Below, piece after piece: positions 39,207 to 50,562 of a DNA stretch of 64,000 nt (within the stretch, counting starts at the first letter, position 1; each line of letters opens with the position of its first letter). Source of the stretch: Camelus ferus (taxonomy: Eukaryota). The notes under the pieces were generated by a model. That model did not search any database. It saw only the letters and a program-made list of their open reading frames with translations, and was not told the origin of the DNA. The stretch lies in the NCBI RefSeq assembly GCF_009834535.1, contig NC_045707.1, positions 58,034,001 to 58,098,000 of the forward strand, in the 5' to 3' direction. Made by a program: the position numbers and the translations under genes.

Positions 39207-40340
39207 GTATGAAAACCAAGTTGGTGGCACACCCATGTTTGGCTAGTGGGAGTTCCAGGTCTAGGTTCCAGCCTCTCTGGTGCAGCATTCGGCCATTTAC
39301 TCTGAGATCTTGTCACATCCTAAGGACACTGCCAGGGATCAGGGAGCAAATCCTCACTGTTCTAGAGACCCACTGATTTCTTTCTCATCCTTTCAGCCTA
39401 GGTATCACTTTTTATTCTCAGTGACATCCTTCTTTCCCATGGCAGTGTCCAAAAATGTCTTGGGAGAATCCCTTCGCTTGGTTCCCCCTTCTCCACCCTA
39501 AATATAAATAATATTACATGACATTAGGGAACATTTTTTCAAGTGAGAATAAAAGCCAACTTAGAAAATGTTCCTGTTTGTATCGATCTATAATACCATG
39601 CAGATGTAGCCTCAATAAATTCTTAGCCACCTGGTATACTACTTCCAACCAGATTACTAGCTCTAAATTTTTACTAAATAGAAATTTGGGGGTGGTCATT
39701 TCAAGCTAGGCAGGAAAGTGTTTTGAAAGCAACTTCTGCTTTCTTCTCTACCACAAACATCCCCTGAGGCAAGGAAGTGGAGTTGCTATCAGCTTAAATG
39801 AGGGAAGGAAAAGAGGCAAACACAAGAAAAAAAAATCTCAATTTTTTTTTCCTTTCTAACATAATTATTCATTTAATCTTAAAACAGCCATATGAAGCTG
39901 ATATTATTCCCACTTGTCAAAACTGAGCCTAGTCTTTACCAGTGATGCTGTGTCTGTCACCACTGCACACGTTTATTGTCAATAAAATCCTACTCTGTCT
40001 GTTTTTCCACTCTGGCCCCTGGAGGAATTTAGAAGCTTTCTTCAGGATTTGAGGTGAAGGACATTTGAATGAGGCCCTCAACTAAATGCTAGTGTTCCAA
40101 GAGGGAGCTCATGCTCCTAAACTCTCCTTCCAGACACTGGAGCAGCCTTTAGTAGTTTTCGTAATTTCAGTGCCACGGAAGATGACTTTTAGTTGTGAAG
40201 TTCCCTTCATGTTTTCTCCCAGAGGTTACAGACGCTTTCATAGAAGCTGGCCTTCCAATTGCCTGCCTTGACAGCCTGAGCTGGGTGTGCCTTCACTAAG
40301 TTAATTATAATTATTGTTATACATGGTAATGAAAGTCAGG

Positions 40341-41080
40341 TAGTGTTTCCCAAAGTATAGGATGTGTAGACTGATGGTACATGAGGTAATTTTATTTAAC
40401 TTATATTTTTCAAATTGAAGTAGAATTACCTTACACTATTATATTAGTTTCATGTGTATAACATAGTGATTCAATATTTTTATATGTTATGAAATGATTA
40501 CTCCAACAAGTCTAGTTACCATCAGTCACTGTACAAAGTTATTACAATTGTATTGACTATATTCCCTATGGTTATATCTTCCTAACTTATTTATTTTATA
40601 ATTGGAAGTTTGCACCTCTTAATCCCCTTCACCTATTTTGCCCCTCCTCCCCTCTGGCAACCACCAATTTGTTCTACATGAGGTAATGTTAGATGGATGG
40701 CACATTTAAATACCAGTGACACTTAGCAAAAAAGCTATTCTCTTTTTAATATCCTTGAATTTTCCCCATTATGTTAAGTAGAAAAATATCATGTTGATGC
40801 TAATATTCTAACTCTTAACCAATCTTTCTTTTCTAACAGATTGAGAGATGGCCTTGGGCTCAGATCCTGGACAGGCAACCTAATTAGAATAACATTGTCT
40901 TGTTTTCATTTTAAGGTCTTTTCCTTATTTTGATTGGAAATATTTTCTACTTACAAAAGTGACAATGTTTCCTTTTAAAATAAATCTACTTGAATAGTTC
41001 AAGTTTAAAGAAAATATTAATAATAGTATTTGTGGTTCACTAGATCAGGCAAAAATCATGCCACAGTTTCGGAAGCACTA
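40341..41080. mobile_element. hAT-type DNA transposon with TIRs, interrupted by an L1
   Basis: TAGTGTTTCCCAAA (40341) and TTTCGGAAGCACTA (ending 41080) are imperfect inverted repeats. Confidence 0.6.
40391..40674 (-). mobile_element. Short LINE-1 3' end with perfect 13-bp TSD
   Basis: TACATGAGGTAAT at 40378-40390 and 40675-40687. Confidence 0.9.
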
Positions 41081-42868
41081 AATTAAGCAATTCATATGAA
41101 TGACCATGTGATGTTCTGACACTGACCATGATACAGGTTGTTAAGTCATATGCATCAGAGGCAAGTTATCATCTCTTTAGCACTATGCCTGTACTTTGGA
41201 TAGTTGCCAGACACTCATCAGATTCCCTATTTGTGGGGACAGAGAAGTTGTGTAGGAATAACAGCCACAAGTAAATTTATGAGGGTTAAATTCATGGGAT
41301 GAAGCCAGATGTGGCAGAGAATTTACCCTGAAGAGTTAACAGCAAGCTGACTTTCAGAGTAGTGGAAGGAACCATTGGGTATGGGAAGTGAGGCTGACTT
41401 TGTAACTCAGAGGCAAGGCAAAGGGTGAGATCTAGAAATCAGGATTGGCCTAAAAGTGGAGACTGAAGCAACTTACAGTGTGGTTCAGTGATGGTTGCAG
41501 TCAACAGCCTAGGTGGGACTGAATATCTTACAATGCTAGCAGACTGTAAACTTTTCTTCAGGTTCCTAAAAGCAACATTGGAAAGAAATTATTGGAAAAG
41601 AGCCTAGCCCAGGTGTACAATATAGGAGATAAGATCAGAGTGCCTTCTTGACTATTCTATCCTCAAGTGTATAAATGTAAATTAGAATCCTGGGAGAACT
41701 TAAATATATGACTTAAAACTACTTATCGATATATTATGTACACTTTTGTATCAAAATATATTTCTAATTGCATAATAAAAGTTAACTGGGTAAAAGGTTT
41801 ACTGAACAGAGAACTGGTTCATAGACAATTTCAATATGCTACACTGTAAGAGTGATATATAGACCCTCACTATTACTTTATAAAGAATGTAAAGGCTGGC
41901 AAAGCAGCAATCTATCAGTTAAGTAAGCAAAGAAATAACTTAGATCCCAAAAGTTCTTAAGTATTTTCCTTATAACAAAGGCTAAGTTTTTTTAAATTGT
42001 AAAAATATGTTTTACCAAATGGCAATTGACCAACATTTTATTGAACAAAAGACTAATTTAAAATTTTTTATTTTCTTCGGTTGACTTTAAAATTTTCCTT
42101 TTCTTGTCTTGTGTTCACATATTGCAATGTAGTCAAATGTATTTTCAATTTTGGATTCAGAAATCAATCAAGCAATCAATCAATCTCCACACTGCATAGG
42201 TTGGTACTAAGGCCATACACACAAGCATATATTCTGTACCTATATAATTACATTATATAGTTATTTTGCTAACAATAAACTTGACTGTAAGCATAGTATC
42301 ATATTATGCTAGATGATGGTACATCAAAAAAACCCAGGAAAAATAATCTAAGATTTGTATGTGTATGAATATTTAAAATAAATTTATGATTTAATTAAGA
42401 TGTCTTCAAATTGATCATAATTAATAAGTAAATTAATTATTGGTAAGAGATATCTGTAGTATAATTAAGTTTTGGGAAAAAAAGTGTACAGATCCTCTTC
42501 TGACGACTTCCTGCCTGTAATAACTAAAGACCCCAACATGACAAATGATTTGCTGCAGCAAAGAAAAACATTTAGCAAATTAATAGGTATAGTTTCATTT
42601 GCACTTCTATTTTAAGGCTTAATTTGCCTTAAAAGAGCTGAAAATTACCCTCACACCTAAATTTACTTAAAGGCCATTATGAAATGAAAATATTTGCATT
42701 TTTCCAATTTCTTCTTCTACTTACATAAATATTTAGTTTCACTCAGCTATTAAGGTAATAAGAAGTCATTGACTTTGTGTTGTTTTTTAAACAAAAAGTT
42801 TGGCCTGTTCTGCAGTTAGCCATAGGTCTTCAGTATCATGAATTAGGTAACATTCAAAAAAAATTCTC

Positions 42869-43608
42869 AAGGGAACCCTCCTACACTGCTGGTGGGAATG
42901 TAGTTTGGTGCAGTCACTATGGAAAACACTATGGAGATTCCTCAAAAAACTAAAAATAGACTTACCATATGATACAGCAATCCCATTCCTGGGCTGGAGG
43001 GAACTCAAATTCGAAAAGATATATGCACACCAATGTTCACAGCAGCACTATTTACAATAGTCAAGGCATGAAAACAACCTAAATGTCCATTGACAGATGT
43101 CTGGATAAAGAAGTTGTGATATATATATGGTATGGAATACTACTCAGCCATTAAAAAGAAAACAATAATGCCATTTGCAGCAACATAGATGAACCTGGAT
43201 ATGGTCATTCTAAATGAAGTAAGCTAGAAAGAGAAAGAAAAATACCATAAGATATCACTTATATGTGGAATCTAAAAAAAAAAAAAGACAAATGAACTTA
43301 TTTACAAAACAGAAACAGATTCATAGACATAAGAAACAAACTTATGGTTATCAGGGGGGAAAAGGGTCGGAAGGGATAAATTGGAAATTCGAGATTTGCA
43401 GATACTACTACATATAAAACAGATAAACAAGTTTCTACTGTATAGCACAGGGAACTATATTCAATATCTTGTAGTAACCTATAATGGAAGAGACTATGAA
43501 AAGGAATATATGTATGTATATGTATGACTATAACATTATGTTGTACAGCAGAAATTGATACAACCTTGTAAGCTGACTACACTTCAGTTAAAAAAAAAGA
43601 AAAAAAAA
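42869..43608 (+). mobile_element. 5'-truncated camelid-type LINE-1, relatively young
   Basis: aagggaaccctcctacactgctggtgggaatg...tgtaagctgactacacttcagttaaaaaa; TSD-like AAAAAAATTCTC / AAAAAAAATCTC. Confidence 0.92.
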
Positions 43609-44917
43609 TCTCCCTAAAAAGGCAAAGCAAGTGGCAGTTTAACAAGCACTTCCAATGAGACTAACACAGAACTTCTTGACTCTTAGAGCTGGGGAAGGAA
43701 AACGAACCTCGGTGAAATTTGCATATATTCATAGCCCAGGTGGATTTTTGTTTTGTTTTGTTTTCCACTGGTAGCTTTTGGAAACTGATATTTAACTAAT
43801 TGTTTTACTGATGAATTTTACTCCTGAAGTAAGAGGTTGAGTCAGAAATAACCTACTTCCCACCAAACCCTTGACCAAATCAAAACTTAAGATAACAATC
43901 TATATTCCAGGGTACTTTTAAGAGCTACCAAATAGACCATAACATTCTTGGGAAATAGTAAAGATAAGCTGTCAGTTTTCCTAGGTAGATAGAAGAGCTG
44001 ACAAGGCAATCTTCAAATTCCTTTCTTTTATTCTAAGAGCTCTGAAGTTCTTAAAGTGGATAGGAATTTTGTATTTTAGTGCTACAAGTTCTCCAGCACC
44101 TAACACCATCTTATTCAAAGGTCTGATATTATTATTGCTGCATTTTATGCATTTATAGTCACTTTCTATTCCTACAGTAATTTCAGAGGAAGTATTTTTA
44201 CTCTCACTTGGGTTCTATTACTAATCCAGTAACTGCTGTTCAGAAAATTCAGTCTCACAGTCAGGTGGTTTCCTAATCACACTTCACTCAATTTTTAAAA
44301 AATTTCTCAATATGATAGCTGTAATGTAGTTTACTGGAGAATAAGAGAAGCTTAAATGTTTAGTGCTATATTTCCAGCATCCAGAACAACGAATGACCCA
44401 GTACAGGTACTTATTTGCTGAAGGAATTCTAATTCTGCTGCTGAGAAAAATTAAGTAAATCAATTAGTTCTTTGGGGACTCAGTCTAAATGATCCCTAAA
44501 GTTCCATTCAGTGGTAACTTTTACGATTTCTTATTTTGGCTCTAAATACTCTAGAAAATAGTGGGTGAAAGCAATGTATTGCTTAGAAAAATATCAATTG
44601 GTGGAGATTACAAATAGATGGTTCAAAAGACATTAGTATTTGTTATAAATCATGTGTGCGTGGTATCATACAAGACAAAGTTTAAAACCCTCTATGATTG
44701 CGACAAATTGGTTTTTTAACACGTGACCTCAAAAGGTGGTTTTAAAATGTCGTTATCATCATTTTATCACCAGTGCCTAGAACAATGACTGGCTCATAGT
44801 AAGTATTCAATAAATACCAGTTAAATCAACTGCGTAATATTAACATTCCTTTTGAACTCTAGCAGCAGCTGGGTCTTTACCCATCCTTAGAAAGCGATGG
44901 AGCAGGAACCAGAAATC

Positions 44918-44927
44918 CCTTAAAAGG
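44918..44927. promoter_or_regulatory. Consensus CArG box CCTTAAAAGG ~1 kb upstream of the ATG
   Basis: Exact CC(A/T)6GG; function inferred only. Confidence 0.35.
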
Positions 44928-45025
44928 TCAGGGCCAGTAACAAGGCTGAGCTAAGCACGGGGCAGTACTGGACAGGCTTAAAGCACTGAAGGAAGGGAAA
45001 GAGGACCCAAAATACGCCTGAGAGG

Positions 45026-45030
<5 letters not shown>

Positions 45031-45066
<36 letters not shown>
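45031..45066. repeat. (CA)18 microsatellite at the upstream edge of the CpG island
   Basis: Read directly from the sequence. Confidence 0.97.
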
Positions 45067-45067
<1 letters not shown>

Positions 45068-45149
45068 CAACAAAAAACAAGCATAAGAGGAAATACGTTT
45101 CCACAGTGAAGGCTGATAGCCACTGCAAGTACCACAGGTCAACCTGTCA

Positions 45150-46350
45150 CCAGGCGGTCACCCTGGGCTGAGATCTGAGGTAACTACCACCGAAGCCCTC
45201 GCCTACCCAGACCCCACTTTTAAAAGGTTCTCAGTAAGTTCATCCGAGTTCGTTAGCGAGAGAAATCACAAGCGCTTAATGCACGACCTATCTCTCCTCA
45301 ATTCCATTCAAATAACGCAGCCAATAGGAAAATCCTCCGCCCTGAGCAAAGGACTCCGCAGAGCAGAGACAGCCCTGGAGGCAGGTCTGCCCTGAAGAGG
45401 CGCCGCACGGCCTGACTGTGGCCTCCGGAACCCGAGGAGCCCTCAGCCGGGCAGGACAACCTTCCTTCCCCGGCTCCGCCCTTCCAGGTTGGTCCCAGCC
45501 CCCGCAGCCCGGGCGGCCTGGACCACACCCGCTTCCCTCCGGTGGCCTGGCCGCCCCCGCCGCAGTTCGCGAGAGCGCTCTTCCTGGGGCGGGCGCACGC
45601 CCAGGGCGCATGCGCAGTGGCCGAAGGGCGCCTCCCTGCCCGGATCTCGCGAAGTTACGTTAGATTGGCCGCCGGTGACGGGTGGCCGGGCCGGGGGCGG
45701 GAGGACTTCTGTGGTAGGAAGGGAGGTCCATTCGGCCGGGCGCGCCGCCCCAGTGCTCTGTGGGATACTGGAAGTCTCGAGCGTCTCCTCCCGGTTCCCA
45801 GCCCTCCTCTGGCCCGCACTCATAGAAACAGTCACACACCCCCTGCCTCCCCTCTCCTCCTTCTCCGCCTCCCCCTTCCCCCCCTCGCGATAAGAAGACC
45901 CGGCGGCAGGAGAGGGGATGAAGATGGCGGACGCGAAGCAGAAGCGGAACGAGCAGCTGAAGCGCTGGATCGGCTCCGAGACGGACCTCGAGCCTCCCGT
46001 GGTGAAGCGGCAGAAGACCAAGGTGAAGTTCGACGATGGCGCCGTCTTCCTGGCTGCTTGCTCCAGCGGCGACACGGACGAGGTCCTCAAGCTGCTGCAC
46101 CGCGGCGCCGACATCAATTACGCCAATGTGGACGGACTCACTGCCCTGCATCAGGTCTGTGCGCCCCAACGCCGGCTCTCCTGACCCTGCGGGTCCTCGT
46201 CGGCCTTCCGCCGAGGCCTCCGCTCCGCTCTCGGCCTCCTGAGGCTGGGGGCGGCGGGAGACTCCTTGCTGTGGGGTGAGGGGGGCGGCTTCCCGCGAAG
46301 GAGGGAGGGCGAGAACCGGTGGAGGGAGGGCACTGGGCTTGAGGCCCCCC
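45150..46350. promoter_or_regulatory. PPP1R12A: CpG island / TATA-less promoter and 5' UTR of PPP1R12A
   Basis: Abrupt rise in GC and CpG versus the AT-rich flanks. GC boxes (45334-45342, 45586-45593, 45693-45701), CCAAT (45321-45325) and reverse CCAAT (45664-45668), NRF1 palindrome GCGCATGCGC (45606-45615), TCTCGCGA-type motifs. The exact TSS cannot be read from sequence. Confidence 0.93.
45918..46154 (+). CDS. PPP1R12A: Protein phosphatase 1 regulatory subunit 12A (MYPT1), coding part of exon 1 (aa 1-79)
   Basis: Translation MKMADAKQKRNEQLKRWIGSETDLEPPVVKRQKTKVKFDDGAVFLAACSSGDTDEVLKLLHRGADINYANVDGLTALHQ is the recognisable MYPT1 N-terminus: MyPhoNE motif RNEQLKRW (45945-45968), RVxF-type KVKF (46020-46031), then ankyrin repeats. 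In-frame upstream TAA at 45891. Ends at a phase-0 donor CAG|GTCTGT (46154/46155). Confidence 0.98.
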
Positions 46351-47109
46351 TCAGACCAGTTGGTGGTGGAGTAAGGGAACTGGGTGATTTCCGGGGCAGG
46401 GGTAAAAAGGACTGTGGTCGGCTAAGGCCCCAGGGCCATTTGTGGACGTGTGTCTGGGATTTGGGGTCGAGGTGCGGAGCAGTGGAGTGGGGTTGTGGTT
46501 GGGCCCCCAATGTCAGTAACAGACTTGGAGGATGGGGGCTGCTGAAGAAAACGACTAACAAGAGGCATTAGGGACACTTGGGTAAATGGATGTCTTTGGT
46601 TTGTTAGGTGGGCATTGGATTTACTGTAGTTTTTAAGACTTGGTTACAAACGATGATGATAATAATAGTAATCAAGAGCCCTAAGCCGAATGCCCGGAGC
46701 AGACGATTTCCTGTTTTCTCCTTTATTACTCTTGGTCACTGGGGAGGAGGGAAAACGGGGTGTAATTAGCCGATTTGCACCGGCTGAAAGGGAGGGGATG
46801 GAAGTGAATAGGGTAAGGAAGCGTTCTAAAGGACTTGCCCACCGCGGGACCGGAACGTAAAGAAGAATCTCTTACTCCGGGAAGAGTTTGCCGCAGTGTC
46901 AGAGATCCTTTGGCCCCAGGTCCTGGGGTGTGTATTGGGGTTAGAAAGAGAAGAATAATGCGAGGCACTCTTTTCAAAGCCGGTTACCAAGCTCAGATTT
47001 TTCTTTTGGGGGTGGGAAAAAGGAAAGCTGGCCACAAACTTTTCTCAAAATGGATGCTTTGTGCATGTTAAAGTTTTATAGTAGTCTGATTGGGATCTCT
47101 CAATGTTAG

Positions 47110-47119
47110 CCAAATAAGG
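47110..47119. promoter_or_regulatory. Consensus CArG box CCAAATAAGG in proximal intron 1
   Basis: Exact CC(A/T)6GG in apparently non-repetitive sequence. Confidence 0.5.
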
Positions 47120-47145
47120 AGAAACTATTGGCAATCCAGAGATAA

Positions 47146-47375
47146 TGTTGCTTTGCCTTTAACAGGCCAAAAGCAACACAAGCACGTAGAGTTCTGCATA
47201 AAAAGCAGTTTTTCAGCGGTGATAATAGGTGTCAAGACATAAACTCTTTACATTTTCTTAGTGGGCAACTTGAAATTACTAGGAAACGACTTTGTAACAA
47301 TAGCTTCCCCTTACATTGAGAAGACTTATAAACTAACTCAAAGTTGCTTTGGTTGTATGTGGAAGATAATAGCTT
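47146..47375 (+). repeat. Local duplication, copy A (230 bp)
   Basis: Near-identical to 48613-48839. Confidence 0.97.
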
Positions 47376-48612
47376 TATTTGGATTAATACTGTAGCAAAA
47401 ACTTGTTTGGGAGGTTGAAACTTAAGGCTTTATATTTTATGCATATTACTTTGCTGCCTTTTAAAAAGAGGTGTGTGGTGGCATTTTTCCTTTTTACTGC
47501 TTCCTGTTTAGTGAATGATGACCGTTTTAAGTTTTATATAATTGAATTCTCATATCAAACTTGGCTTATAGCCTTTGTTTACAAAGTTGACTGGATGAAC
47601 TATAATGACTGACAAACTGCAGGACAAATCTGGAATTCAGAATGTGGTACCCAGTAAAAATGTAGCATGGTTTTTAGTTCTTTTCTCTGTTCCATTAATT
47701 TAGAATGTCTAATGTATAAAAAACTTTTTAGTTGGCTGAGGTTTATTTTAAGGCATAGCATAACTCTAAAAACATGGTGTTAAGAATGAAAGAAACTGGA
47801 CATTAGAAATGATAATTATGTAAGATGAATCTTTTCAGATTTCTTTCAAATTAATTTACATGGTTTAGTATGGAATTGATTCGGAAAGACATTATTGTAT
47901 GCTTTAGGTCAGGATACAGTTGGATAATGGTTTATATCAGTATGCTTTATTAAAATTCTCATTTAGAAATTTAAAGTTGTTACTGTTGTTGGGGAACCCA
48001 ATAGTATTGGCCTGGAGGAAGAGAAAGTTTCTAATACTTTTATTGTTATTGGTTAAGGTAGAGAGAGAAAATACACGTAACAGGCTTCTTAAAGTTTTTT
48101 TTTTCCCCTCAATTTGGACATGTTGCGAGAATTATCATACTTAATAATGTCTTCCTGATTAACTGAATTCAGCAGTTACTTTGCCATTATATAGGTGTTC
48201 TTTTTATTAGATGTTTTGTTTTAGCTGACAAGCGCTTAAGCAGAAGTTTCTAAGTTTATGCATAATCATTTGCATACCTTTTTGTAATTTATCTGCACAC
48301 TCCTTAAGTCAGTGAAGCCAAAGTCTTCAAAATATTAAGCATTAAAGTTTTTATTATGTTTTCTCCATCCTCATATCTGATTTATTAATAACTCTTGTAC
48401 TTTTTTCCCATTGTGACAGAGAACAAGGAGTTCACTTTGAGCAAATTCAGAGCAACAGATAGTGAAAGGTGATAAAGAAAATTTTTTAAAAAGAGTCACA
48501 GGAAAATTTCAAGCTCAGAAATCTCTTGAATACTGATTGCTTTAAATACTAAAATTATAAAGACTAAAATTGACCCCCTGATTTAATAGCCCTTGAATAT
48601 GTATATATATAT

Positions 48613-48839
48613 TGTTGCTTTGCCTTTAACAGGCCAAAAGCAACACAAGCATGTAGAGTTCTGCATAAAAAGCAGTTTTTCAGCGGTGATAATAGGTGTC
48701 AAGACATAAACTCTTTACATTTTCTTAGTGGGCAACTTGAAATTACTAGGAAACGACTTTAACAATAGCTTCCCTTACATTGAGAAGACTTATAAACTAA
48801 CTCAAAGTTGCTTTGGTTGTATGTGGAAGATAGTAGCTT
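48613..48839 (+). repeat. Local duplication, copy B (227 bp), inside a (TA)n tract
   Basis: Differs from copy A by 2 substitutions and 2 small gaps; ATATATATAT on both sides. Confidence 0.97.
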
Positions 48840-49559
48840 AATATATATATTAATTTAACCTCTTGAAAGCTCATAGAATACTTAGAATGTTTTTACCAGA
48901 TTAATTATTGGCTAGTCTTTTGGAATATTCATTTACATCTTTGGTATTGATCAAGTGTCTCAAATTTCACTGTCAGAAGAAAAGTTTTAGGAACTTTATA
49001 GCCCACGAATACACTTCTTAATCTAGAATTTTACTTCCATTTCTAATATAAACAGCTTATATTTAAAAGGTTCTTTATTTGGTTGAATGTTCTCTGTCAA
49101 AAGTTACAAAAGGTAGTCAGTTTGCACATTTTTTTTGGCGGCGGGGGGATAGAAATATGTGATCCATATAGAAGATTCAATTTTTCTAGTCAAATTTCCA
49201 GTATGGTCTCTAGAATAGCCTCTTTCCCCCAAATGCCTTCCAACAGATAGAAAACAGTAGAAGTTTAATATAAACTTTTGACTTTCTAGAACTGAGATCT
49301 AGAGTAGATTTTCATTTTTATCAATGGGCAATAATCAGCTCTGATTTAAGGGCTACTTGGTAGAGTTTTAATACTATATGATCTATATGTTTCAGTATAC
49401 TTTATAAAGATTTTAGGAGAATAATAATAGAGTTTTCTATAGAATGTTTTACTGCTGATTATTCCTGAAACTTATGTGCATAAAATACAGGACTGAGATT
49501 TCTTCCAACAGTTTTGAGTTTAACCTTTTGATTTTACTTAAAATCTTGTCTACTTCTAC

Positions 49560-50562
49560 TGTGCCAGTGACTTCCAGGTCAATTTCCAGTCCTCACATTT
49601 CTGCAGAGCTCCAATCCTTCATTTCCACTTTTCCATGATGACAGAGTGTTGATTTAAAATAAAATATTATCCAATATATTGTGATTTTATATTTAAAAAT
49701 AATCTTCAAGTAGTGATGTAGTAAATAGAGGTCCACCCCCTTTGCCATAGAATAGCAACTATTTATTTACATCAATATCAGGAATTTGTTCAAATTCAAC
49801 CTGAAATGAAACTTTTCTTCACCAAGCCTACTCTTCTCATGGATACCTCTCTTTCTGATAATGATGTCATTAATCTCTAGATCAGGCTTTAAACATATTA
49901 GTTATTGTTTACTCATTCTCCTGTCTGCATATATCTAATCAGTCTTCACAGTTGCTTTGGCATCAGTTCTTTTTCTTGCCACTCTTATTATCAGCCTACG
50001 TCATACCTCTTTTATTTTTATCCCTAGCGTATAGTAATGGCTTAATTGCTTTCTCTGCTTCTTCTTCTCCCTGGTCCAGTTCAGCATTCATGCTGCTATC
50101 AGATTAATCTTTTAATAATATCATTTTGATTGTGTCATGCCTTTCCATAAGTTCAGATTTAAAGTATTTCACCATTTCGCTTATACCTGATATATCTCCA
50201 TTGTGTTATATCCTTTACTTTTTTTATTTCCATGGCTATGGCCATGCTTTTTCCACCACCAGAATATACTTCCTCCTCTTTGCCAACAAAATCCTAGTGG
50301 TTCAAACCAGTTGCCATCCAGAAAGAATCTTTCTGTTCTTTGAATTTGTATAATACTGTGGGAGTGGAGGGGTCTCTCTCCTCTGGGGTGCTCATTGTAC
50401 CTTATATTTTGCCTCTGTGCTGCTATTAAAATACTTCTTACTGAATACTGTGTGTGTGTATAAGTTTACCTTTCCTGGTTGACTGTAAGGACCCAATCTT
50501 CTACATTTTTGTATTTCCAGAGCTTAGCACATAGTAGGTGCTCACTAAAGATTTGTTGAATT
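49560..50562 (+). mobile_element. L2 fragment
   Basis: Ends tttgtatttccagagcttagcacatagtaggtgctcactaaagatttgttgaat (L2 3' terminus). Confidence 0.7.

Noticed and set aside
42203..42225. GTACTAAGGCCATACAC resembling the 5S rRNA 5' end
   Set aside because: Only ~12 nt of similarity with no continuation.
46155..46184. C-terminal VCAPQRRLS of the 88-aa ORF as real coding sequence
   Set aside because: It follows the splice donor and does not match the MYPT1 continuation; intronic read-through.
45288..46571. Long overlapping ORFs on both strands (245 aa 45542-46279, 224 aa 46117-45443, 169 aa and others)
   Set aside because: Expected in a GC-rich CpG island with few stop codons; low-complexity R/G/P/A content, no recognisable domains, and they overlap the true exon.
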